This document shows, one piece after another, positions 56,532-64,000 of a stretch of 64,000 nt of DNA. This DNA is from Candidatus Binatia bacterium (lineage in GTDB: Bacteria > Desulfobacterota > Binatia > UBA12015), in the NCBI GenBank assembly GCA_965658895.1, contig CBFHUR010000003.1:39981-103980 (forward strand), read 5' to 3'. The position numbers were made by a program, and so were the translations under genes. Position 1 is the first letter of the stretch. Each line of letters starts with the position of its first letter. The notes beneath the pieces are model-generated. The model ran no database searches. It was not told the DNA's origin and saw nothing but the letters and a program-made list of their open reading frames with translations.

Positions 56532-57734
56532 GTGTCGGAATCAGAACAAACTCTTGAAATCAGGATCCTCACCCATCTTTCACAGGATGTGTCCGAGGCT
56601 GATTGGAATTCCCTGGTGGGGGAGGAGTCTCCATTTCTTGAATGGGGCTGGCTCGCCTCGATGGAGGATGCCCGCTGCGTGGGTCCGGGGACGGGGTGGA
56701 GCCCCAAACATCTGACAGTCTGGCAAGGCGGGAAGCTTCTGGCTGCCTGTCCGCTGTACCTGAAAGGCAATAGCGAAGGCGAGTTTGTTTTCGATCATGC
56801 CTGGGCGAACGCAGCCTACGGGGCCCAGATCGAGTATTTTCCCAAGATGCTGGTGGGGGTGCCGTTTACCCCGGCTGAAGGGATCCGTTTCCTGGTCGCT
56901 CCCGGGCAATCACGTGAGGAAATGATCCGCTTGATGGGTTCGTCTCTGATCGATTTATGCAAGGAGAACGAGCTCTCCTCCATTCACGTCAATTTCTGCT
57001 CGTCGGCCGAAGCCGAGGTTCTCGAAGAGATCGGCTACAGCCGACGTCTGGGCTACCAGTTCAAATGGCGCAACCACGGATACGAATCGTTTACCGACTA
57101 CCTCGCGGCGCTCAAGCAGAAGCGGCGCAAGGAGGTCAAGCGCGAGCGTCGGGTACTGGGCGAGCAAGGTGTGACGATTCGCTCCTTGGTGGGCGACCAG
57201 ATCCCGGACGATCTCTTCTCCCAAATGTATGAAATCTATCTGACCACGATCGATAAATACGCTTGGGGCCGCCGCTACCTGACCCCGGAGTTTTTTGATC
57301 TCCTCCGCGAGCGATTCCGACATAATTTATGTTTCTTCACCGCGACACGGGAAGAGCAGCTGTTGGCAGGGACCTTCAATGTGCAGAAGTCCGGCGCGCT
57401 CTATGGCCGGTATTGGGGAACCCATGAAGATGTCCGCTTCCTGCACTTCAACGTCTGCTATTACGCGACCATTGAGCATTGTATCGACGCCGGATTGCAG
57501 CGCTTCGAGCCCGGTGCGGGCGGCGAGTTCAAATGGCTTCGTGGCTTCGATGCCGAAGAGACCCGCAGCATGCATTGGTTCTCCGATGATCGGTTGGGGG
57601 ATGCTGTCAGTCGATTCCTGGTGGCGGAACGCAGCGAAGTCGAGCGCGTGATCGCGGGGGCGGCCGAGAGAAGTCCCTTGCGCAAGTCCGGCGACGGATC
57701 GCTCGAGCCGCCTGACCCGGACTCATCCCAATGA
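56532..57734 (+). CDS. GNAT/FemAB-like protein (DUF482 type)
   Basis: SEGEFVFDHAWA, GVPFTP, SSIHVNF, LYGRYWG, LHFNVCYY, FEPGAGGEFK. Confidence 0.9.
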   Translation: MSESEQTLEIRILTHLSQDVSEADWNSLVGEESPFLEWGWLASMEDARCVGPGTGWSPKHLTVWQGGKLLAACPLYLKGNSEGEFVFDHAWANAAYGAQIEYFPKMLVGVPFTPAEGIRFLVAPGQSREEMIRLMGSSLIDLCKENELSSIHVNFCSSAEAEVLEEIGYSRRLGYQFKWRNHGYESFTDYLAALKQKRRKEVKRERRVLGEQGVTIRSLVGDQIPDDLFSQMYEIYLTTIDKYAWGRRYLTPEFFDLLRERFRHNLCFFTATREEQLLAGTFNVQKSGALYGRYWGTHEDVRFLHFNVCYYATIEHCIDAGLQRFEPGAGGEFKWLRGFDAEETRSMHWFSDDRLGDAVSRFLVAERSEVERVIAGAAERSPLRKSGDGSLEPPDPDSSQ

Positions 57735-58478
57735 GGAGAATCCGCCGTCAATCACCAGCGTCTGCCCGGTAATGAACCGCGCCTGATCCGAGGCGAGAAA
57801 GAGGACGCCGTCGGCAATTTCGTCCGGTTGCGCCCATCGCTTCATCGGGGTCCGAGCGAGAATCGGATCGTTCATTTCGGGGATCTCCTGCACGATCGAG
57901 GTCATCCGGGTATTGACCATTCCGGCGGCGACAGCGTTGGCGCGAATCTTCTTGTCCGCCCAGGTGACCGCCATGGCTCGGGTGAGTCCGGTTAGACCCG
58001 TTTTGGCGGCCCCGTAGCCCGGCACCATGGGGTGGCCAAAGATCGAGGTGAGAGAGGCGATCCCGACAATCGCTGCACCGCCGGGCAGGGAGCTTTTCTC
58101 GAGGAGCGGGAGGCAGGCCTGGGTGAGTCGGTAACCGGAGGTGAGATTGATCCGAACGGCCTGCTCGAAGACATCGGGCTCCCATTCGTTACCACCTCCG
58201 GGGAGGCTCGCCCCGGCATTGTTGACCAGGACGTCGAGGGCGTCGAGGGATTGCGCCACGCCACTCACGCTCTCATTATCCTCCAATTCCATTTGCCGGT
58301 AGGCAAAGAAAGAGAGGTCAGCGTCGTAGCTCGACGGGTCTTTGGCCGTCCCCGTGATGGTGACAGAGGCGCCCGCGGCATGAAAGGCGGATGCGGTGGC
58401 CAGACCGATCCCATTGCTGCCGCCGGTCACGAGGATCCGGGCATCTTTGAAGTCGAAACGGGCTTTGGATTCGGGCAT
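57723..58478 (-). CDS. SDR-family oxidoreductase
   Basis: TGGSNGIG, NNAG, YGAAK, ITGQTLVIDGG. Confidence 0.92.
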   Translation of the reverse strand: MPESKARFDFKDARILVTGGSNGIGLATASAFHAAGASVTITGTAKDPSSYDADLSFFAYRQMELEDNESVSGVAQSLDALDVLVNNAGASLPGGGNEWEPDVFEQAVRINLTSGYRLTQACLPLLEKSSLPGGAAIVGIASLTSIFGHPMVPGYGAAKTGLTGLTRAMAVTWADKKIRANAVAAGMVNTRMTSIVQEIPEMNDPILARTPMKRWAQPDEIADGVLFLASDQARFITGQTLVIDGGFSSLG

Positions 58479-58486
58479 CAGGGACC

Positions 58487-59749
58487 TCAATCGTTCTTGG
58501 TCTCGGGTTCTACCGGGAACCTCTCGAAATAATAGGCAAAGCGTTCGCGCAACTCGGCGGGGTCGACTCCGAAGTCGCGCTGCAGGTGGTAGCTCATGCG
58601 ACCCTCCTTGCCTCGGGGGTGGTTTGCGAGGAACTGCTTTAACCCGAGTCGCGCCTCGGGCGTCATCGCCAGGCCGGCTTTCGCATAGATCTTCTCGACC
58701 ATCGCGAGGTCGTCCTGCATGAAGATATGAAACGGAATGTCGATGGTGCGTTCGTCGGGGAGAGTGTCCCGATCGCGGACACAGGCGCGTAGAAGGTGAT
58801 CGATCCGATCGCTCCAATAAGCCGCCAAAGCCTCGGGTTCGACTCTTTTTCGGTTCATGCGTTGTCCATAGGCCAACATGGTGATGCTGGATTGAATCAC
58901 CGCTACCGGGTCTCGATGCGTGACAGCAAAGGTCGCATCGGGAAATACTTTCTGCAGCACGGGCAATTGCTCGAGGTGTTGCGGGCATTTGAGAACCCAC
59001 CGCCGCTGGTCACCGCGTTCACGTTGGAGAATTTTCAGGACATCACGGCAATACTCATAATGCGGTGTCTGGTCGTGTCCGTAATAATGGTCGCGCCATC
59101 GCGGTGACATGGAGAGCCACTCAAAGTTGTAGGACGCAAAATCCGGGCCCATGAGTTCCAGCTCTTCGTGGATATGATCCGGGTTCATGGGGTGCATGGC
59201 GGCCAGAAGAGGCGTGGCCTGCTGCATGGCTTCCCACTGCGCGGCACAACGCGTATAGCGTGGATCGATACCATCGGCCGCAATCGAATCCGACGGCATG
59301 GGCAGCGGTTCATAGGATTCCCATAGGGGCAGGTCCTGCAGGCCTGGATCGGCCGCCATCAGATTCAGAAGATGAGTCGTGCCGGAACGAGGCAGCCCCA
59401 CCACGATGATCGGCGCGGTGATGGTTTCCTCAAGGACATCGGGATTCTTTTCCCGATAGTCGTGGATCAAGAGCCGGTTACGGGCGAAAAGGGCGAGCTT
59501 GTTGCGCAGGGACAGGCGTCCGATGCCGGTGAGCCCGTTGTCCTCGTCCCATTCGCTGGCCAAAATGCCCAACCGTTCTCGAAAGTCTTCGGGGCCAAAG
59601 TCTGACAGGCCTGTGGCGTCACGGGCTTCCTGCAAAATACCCTCAACCGAGAAATCAATTGTGAGAGTTTCTCCATACGCCAGCGCTCCCGTCTGGAAAT
59701 CGTCGAGCACGGGTTCGCGCAGGTCGTCGATGTCGATGACCCGAGTCAA
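58487..59749 (-). CDS. PAPS-dependent sulfotransferase (mycobacterial Stf-like)
   Basis: GLPRSGTT 5'-PSB loop, WVLKCPQHL, THRDP; TTGA overlap with the upstream stop. Confidence 0.9.
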   Translation of the reverse strand: MTRVIDIDDLREPVLDDFQTGALAYGETLTIDFSVEGILQEARDATGLSDFGPEDFRERLGILASEWDEDNGLTGIGRLSLRNKLALFARNRLLIHDYREKNPDVLEETITAPIIVVGLPRSGTTHLLNLMAADPGLQDLPLWESYEPLPMPSDSIAADGIDPRYTRCAAQWEAMQQATPLLAAMHPMNPDHIHEELELMGPDFASYNFEWLSMSPRWRDHYYGHDQTPHYEYCRDVLKILQRERGDQRRWVLKCPQHLEQLPVLQKVFPDATFAVTHRDPVAVIQSSITMLAYGQRMNRKRVEPEALAAYWSDRIDHLLRACVRDRDTLPDERTIDIPFHIFMQDDLAMVEKIYAKAGLAMTPEARLGLKQFLANHPRGKEGRMSYHLQRDFGVDPAELRERFAYYFERFPVEPETKND

Positions 59750-61014
59750 ATTTTCAGCTCCGAAAGCTCGCCCTCAATCCTGGATGCCTGATGCTGCAGC
59801 CACTTTGTTTCCCAGAAGTTGGTACTTTCCTTCTCCAGAGCTCGATGGGCGTCACGGCAGATTGCGAGGAGATCGGGGTCGCGCGGCGTCACGCTCAACG
59901 CGATGTCGGTGAGGTGGAGCGCCTTTACGGGCTCTCCGGCGTCCAGGCAGGCACGAGCGCGTTTGCCGATCGCATCGCTACCGCCCGAAAGCTCCACGAG
60001 ATCTTCGTGAATGCTGGCCGCGGAGGTCTCGAAGAGCTCGGTTGTGGAGCGTTGGTGGAACCAACCGGAATAGTTCTCCCAGATGGCGCGGATATCCCAG
60101 GATACTTTTCCGTACCCCTCGCCCACCGCGAGGTGCTCGGGCAATTGAATCTCCTGCATCAGCTGGTCAACCGGTTTGTCGTCGTTCATGCCACGAACCG
60201 TTTCATCGTGAAGGTAGAGTGTCGCGTCGCGGACGCGTTCGATCTCGCGTCGAATGAGGTCTCGGCCTTCGAGCGGTGGGCCATGGCCAACAAGAAGGAG
60301 TTCACAATCCAGCGCCAATACGCGTTCGGCTGACTCTGCGAATTCCAGGGCGTCGCGGTAGCGATCGCCGCGCATGGTGCAGAGGTTCGGAATGTGCCCG
60401 AATAGACAACTGAACAGATTGCCGGAAAAAACAGCCTTGTGCTCCGGGAGGTGAATAATCAGCGAGTCTCTGGTTTCGCCGCCGGGAGTCGCGATGAATT
60501 CGAAATGCTGACCACCGAAGTCGAGTGATAAATTTTCGCTGAAGGTCGTGGTGGGCACCGGGCGGCTTTGTTTTGCGGGAGGGCCGTCGGGTAGTTTCGC
60601 ATTTGCCTGCAGGATCGCCTCCATGAAGGCGAAAAAGCTGCGACGGGCGCGGAAGGTCGCCAGTCGACCGTCGTAGCTCTGATGCTCCTGATTGTTGGCA
60701 TGGGCAAGGATTTCGGTTCCTGGCTCGAGGAAAACATCGGTTCCGCCGACATGGTCGACGTGTCCCTGGGTGAAAACGACATAGCGAATCGGAGAGTCGT
60801 CGACCGCATCGTAGAGTCGCTTATGAGTGGGCCCCTCGAAGCCCATCCCGGTGTTGATCACCATCCGCCCCTCGGGCGTCGTGATCAGAAAGCTGTTGGA
60901 AAGACCTTCTGAGAGGTAGACAAAGTCGAGAATCTTTCGGGCTTCACTTTGTTGTGCGGGCGCGACCTCGAAGGCCGACGGGCGGGTGTTCCAGATTGGT
61001 TTGCTCATGGACAT
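59746..61014 (-). CDS. MBL-fold alkyl-sulfatase-family hydrolase
   Basis: TQGHVDH, TPGGETRD, PNLCTMRGDRYRD, GHG, EGYGKVSW..RAIWENYSGWF; GGAGG RBS. Confidence 0.85.
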   Translation of the reverse strand: MSMSKPIWNTRPSAFEVAPAQQSEARKILDFVYLSEGLSNSFLITTPEGRMVINTGMGFEGPTHKRLYDAVDDSPIRYVVFTQGHVDHVGGTDVFLEPGTEILAHANNQEHQSYDGRLATFRARRSFFAFMEAILQANAKLPDGPPAKQSRPVPTTTFSENLSLDFGGQHFEFIATPGGETRDSLIIHLPEHKAVFSGNLFSCLFGHIPNLCTMRGDRYRDALEFAESAERVLALDCELLLVGHGPPLEGRDLIRREIERVRDATLYLHDETVRGMNDDKPVDQLMQEIQLPEHLAVGEGYGKVSWDIRAIWENYSGWFHQRSTTELFETSAASIHEDLVELSGGSDAIGKRARACLDAGEPVKALHLTDIALSVTPRDPDLLAICRDAHRALEKESTNFWETKWLQHQASRIEGELSELKI

Positions 61015-61143
61015 GAATCCTCCGTCCTTGATGTAGAACGAAGTGGGGGTTCTTGTCACATGGGTCTCGGATCGGTGAGGAAAAGGCGGGCCGCGGCAGC
61101 CAGCGTGCGCCAGAGTCGGCGCGGAGGGAAGGTCGGTGCTGCC

Positions 61144-62058
61144 TCAGGCGTTCGGCTCCTGAGCAGCTGCGGCACGGGCCACAATTCGACGTGCCCGGTT
61201 GATATGCGGGGCATCCACCATCGCACCTTTGTACACGAACGCCGCCTGTCCGGCCGCAAACGCCTCGCGGGCGGCTGCCAGGAGTGCGTTTGCCTCGGCG
61301 ACTTCCTCCGAGCCGGGAACAAAGACGCGATTGATAATCGGGATCTGATTGGGATGAATTGCACCCTTGCCGGTGAACCCGAGATCTGCCGCTTCCCGCG
61401 CTTCGCGCTCGAGGCCGGCGTCGTCATGGAAGTCGAAGTACGGCATATCCAGAGGGTCCATGCCCTCGGAGGCCGCGGCCAGAAGGCATGCCGAGCGGGC
61501 AAAGGAAAATACGTCGGGTAACGATCCATCAGAGTTGCGGCTTTTTCGCGACCCCAAAGCATTCGAGAGGTCTTCGCTGGCCCACATCATGGCGCAGGAG
61601 CGCAAGCTGGCTTGTGCGATTCGGCGAATGTTCAGGATGGCCTCGGGCGTTTCCGTGGCCAGAAGAAGAAGGCGAACGCTTCCGGGTTCACGACCGGAGA
61701 TAGCCTCGAGATTGCTGAGGGCCCGGTCAATGAAGCGTACGTCGTCCTCGCTGCGAAGTTTCGGCACCATATAACCGTCGGGCTGTCCCGCCATCGTCAC
61801 GGTCAGATCATCGAGTGCGAGCCCGGTTTCCAACGGATTGATGCGAACAAGTTTCTCCGCGCCCCGAAAGTCGAGTTCACGGAGAGTATCCCGGACGGTC
61901 GTGCGGGCGGCGACCTTATGGTCGGGGACCACCGCGTCTTCCAGATCGAGAATCACCGAATCCGCCTCTGTCCGCGATGCCTTTTCCATCTTATGAGGAT
62001 CGTCGCCGGGGGCCCAGAGGAGAGACCTTCGCAGTCTCGGTTTGGTAGAATCACTCAT
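61144..62058 (-). CDS. CitE/HpcH-family acyl-CoA lyase
   Basis: RRSLLWAPG, LDLEDAV, VRIN, VPK, ETP, SEDL, GFTGKGAIHPNQ, MVDAPH. Confidence 0.92.
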   Translation of the reverse strand: MSDSTKPRLRRSLLWAPGDDPHKMEKASRTEADSVILDLEDAVVPDHKVAARTTVRDTLRELDFRGAEKLVRINPLETGLALDDLTVTMAGQPDGYMVPKLRSEDDVRFIDRALSNLEAISGREPGSVRLLLLATETPEAILNIRRIAQASLRSCAMMWASEDLSNALGSRKSRNSDGSLPDVFSFARSACLLAAASEGMDPLDMPYFDFHDDAGLEREAREAADLGFTGKGAIHPNQIPIINRVFVPGSEEVAEANALLAAAREAFAAGQAAFVYKGAMVDAPHINRARRIVARAAAAQEPNA

Positions 62059-62093
62059 GTTGCAAGATTATCGCTGTGCCTCTGGGGGGACAA
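62058..62093 (-). promoter_or_regulatory. Sigma70-type promoter, probable leaderless citE-operon transcript
   Basis: TTGTCC-17 nt-TAATCT-6 nt-ATG on the minus strand. Confidence 0.55.
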
Positions 62094-62175
62094 GCCTCGG
62101 AAAATCTACGAGGCGCTCGCGGAGAGAGCGTTTTGCCCTTGGCCTCGGGCTGCTCCCTTGGTTAAGAAAGAGACC

Positions 62176-63150
62176 ATGAAAGCAGTCCTTTGCAAGGAAT
62201 ACGGTCCCCCCGAGAGTTTGGTCGTGGAAGAAGTCCCCTCCCCCGAGGCGGGTCCCGGCCAGGTCGTCGTTCGCGTTCGAAGCGCCGGCGTCAACTTCCC
62301 GGACGTTCTGATTATCGAGAACAAATATCAATTCAAGCCACCGCTGCCCTTTACCCCGGGCGGTGAAGTCGCCGGCGAAATTCTTGCAATCGGCGAAGGC
62401 GTCGAAGATCTCGCGGTGGGCGATCGGGTTCTGGCGAATTGCGGCTGGCAGGGGTTTGCCGAAGAAATCGCATTGCATGCGGGCGGAGTTTTCAAGATTC
62501 CCGACTCCATGGATTTCGAAACAGCTTCAGCTTTCTTGCTGACCTACGGAACGTCTCATTACGCGCTCAAACAGCGCGCCAAGCTGCGCGCGGGAGAAGA
62601 TCTTGTGGTTCTGGGCGCCGCCGGTGGTGTCGGGATTGCGGCGCTCGAGATTGGCAAGGTCATGGGGGCCCGCGTGATTGCAGCTGCGTCGACGCCCGAG
62701 AAGTTGGCGGTCTGCAAGGAGCATGGCGCGGACGAAGTCATCGACTATTCGAAGGAAGATTTGAAGACCCGCATCCGGGAGCTGACCGGAGGCAAGGGCG
62801 CCGACGTTGTCTATGATCCTGTTGGGGGTGACTATTCAGAGCCCTGCTTGCGGGCGATGGCCTGGGAAGGACGTTTCCTCGTGATCGGTTTTGCCGCCGG
62901 AGAGATCCCGCGGCCGCCGTTGAATCTGACCTTGCTCAAGAGTTGCGATATCGTGGGGGTCTTCTGGGGAGCTTTTGTCGGTCGTGAGCCCCGCACGCAC
63001 GCCGAAAATGTGGATGAGTTGCTGAGTTGGTTTGACGAGGGGCGCATCAAGCCTCGAATCTCGGCGGCCTACCCGATGGAAGAGGTGGCCAAGGCCCTGC
63101 GCGATCTTTCCGAGCGTCGGGTCAAGGGCAAGGTTGTAATCGTTCCCTGA
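62176..63150 (+). CDS. NADPH:quinone oxidoreductase family (MDR, zeta-crystallin-like)
   Basis: GVNFPD, YQFKPPLPFTPG, GAAGGVG, YDPVGG, IGFAAG. Confidence 0.92.
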   Translation: MKAVLCKEYGPPESLVVEEVPSPEAGPGQVVVRVRSAGVNFPDVLIIENKYQFKPPLPFTPGGEVAGEILAIGEGVEDLAVGDRVLANCGWQGFAEEIALHAGGVFKIPDSMDFETASAFLLTYGTSHYALKQRAKLRAGEDLVVLGAAGGVGIAALEIGKVMGARVIAAASTPEKLAVCKEHGADEVIDYSKEDLKTRIRELTGGKGADVVYDPVGGDYSEPCLRAMAWEGRFLVIGFAAGEIPRPPLNLTLLKSCDIVGVFWGAFVGREPRTHAENVDELLSWFDEGRIKPRISAAYPMEEVAKALRDLSERRVKGKVVIVP

Positions 63151-63184
63151 GTTCAGGGAATGCTGGGAATCCAAGGAGTTCAAG

Positions 63185-63676
63185 ATGAGTGCATTACAGG
63201 ATTTTTCGATGAAGAATATTGACGGGACCGAGCAATCGCTTGCCGACTTTTCTGGCAAGGTTGTTCTGGTCGTCAACGTGGCATCTGCGTGCGGCTTGAC
63301 CCCGCAGTACAAGGGTCTGGAAGCCTTGCAGCAGAAATATGCCGAGCATGGTTTCGCGGTTCTCGGATTTCCCTGCAATCAATTTGCCGGTCAGGAGCCG
63401 GGTTCCGACGCCGAGGTCAAGCAGTTTTGCGAGACCAGCTTTGGCGTCACCTTCCCGATGTTTTCCAAAATTGACGTGAATGGCGATGATCAGGCGCCCC
63501 TCTATCAATGGTTGACCACAACCCCGACGACGCCCGAGGCCGAGGGCGACATCAAATGGAATTTCGGCAAATTCCTGATCGGCAAGAAGGGCGAGGTTCT
63601 GGCGCGCTTCGAGCCGCCGACAGATCCCGAGGCCAAAGAGGTTCTGGCCGCAATCGAAGCCGCCCTGGCGGCCTGA
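63185..63676 (+). CDS. Glutathione peroxidase (Cys-type, BtuE-like)
   Basis: NVASACGLT, LGFPCNQF, WNFGKFL; AAGGAG RBS. Confidence 0.94.
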   Translation: MSALQDFSMKNIDGTEQSLADFSGKVVLVVNVASACGLTPQYKGLEALQQKYAEHGFAVLGFPCNQFAGQEPGSDAEVKQFCETSFGVTFPMFSKIDVNGDDQAPLYQWLTTTPTTPEAEGDIKWNFGKFLIGKKGEVLARFEPPTDPEAKEVLAAIEAALAA

Positions 63677-63706
63677 GGGCAATCCCCGGGCTCTCGGGAG
63701 ATTCCT

Positions 63707-64000
63707 CTAACGGAGGAATGTCCCGGAGTCCGGTACGGCCTTGGCCCCGAAACGGCTGGGTCGCCACCACAGCGAGATTGGTTTTTCTCCATGGTCGGTG
63801 TCCTGCAATCCGAGATTGATGCGGACCTCTGACCAATCCGCACCCTGTTGGGCTTCGATATAGGACAGGGGGAGCGAGAATTCGATCGTATAGCCGCCGG
63901 TCTGGCGGCGGATGGCGTAGGTCCAGGGACTCGCGGCGCCGCCCGTGAAGCGTTTCATGACGTGATCCTCGGCAGGGGGCACCAGGGTAGCCGTCACCAG
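63707..64000 (-). CDS. C-terminal fragment of a protein with CBM9/DOMON-like domain (truncated by window edge)
   Basis: GGYTIEFSLPL...INLGLQDTD...WW pattern; ORF open to the window end. Confidence 0.55.
   Translation of the reverse strand: MVTATLVPPAEDHVMKRFTGGAASPWTYAIRRQTGGYTIEFSLPLSYIEAQQGADWSEVRINLGLQDTDHGEKPISLWWRPSRFGAKAVPDSGTFLR

Noticed and set aside
61612-62175. Apparent long N-terminal extensions in the ORF track (quinone oxidoreductase; likewise 6920, 51621, 59000, 22610)
   Set aside because: They overlap neighbouring real genes; family-typical N-termini and RBS or overlap signals place the starts downstream.
63185-63676. Possible selenocysteine glutathione peroxidase
   Set aside because: The active-site codon is TGC (Cys) and there is no in-frame TGA.
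63680-63705. Hairpin between the converging gpx and last ORF as an intrinsic terminator
   Set aside because: The stem is imperfect and lacks a U-tract, too weak to call.

Overview
A GC-rich, densely coding bacterial chromosomal segment with about 50 protein genes. I found no rRNA, tRNA, CRISPR array, integrase or transposase. Gene content suggests an uncultured Gram-negative heterotroph of delta-proteobacterial type, possibly Binatota (inference only): LpxL, DapL, Mfd, Kup, RimO, glutathione reductase and peroxidase, actinobacteria-like thiolase/DUF35, sulfotransferase and CitE/MaoC lipid-catabolic genes, and a Pro-Thr-linker secreted protein. Housekeeping genes are interleaved with catabolic mini-operons. 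The most notable items are: (1) a minus-strand cassette at 14.4-22.5 kb encoding a secreted Pro-Thr-linker S8 protease, a 1005-aa sulfotransferase-like/coiled-coil/methyltransferase/glycosyltransferase fusion and a split GT-C-like (DUF6077-like) membrane protein, with a divergent TauE gene; (2) an in-frame HNH nuclease-CoA-Nudix fusion; (3) a small coiled-coil protein ending in a ParB-like RGLDALLG motif; (4) two membrane proteins with internal twin-arginine motifs after an even number of TM helices, suggesting dual Sec/Tat targeting; (5) a histidine kinase carrying an adenylate-cyclase-type 6TM-HAMP input module; (6) a CitE-sulfatase-sulfotransferase-SDR operon; and (7) apparently widespread leaderless transcription. 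All functional calls come from visual motif recognition, not database searches.
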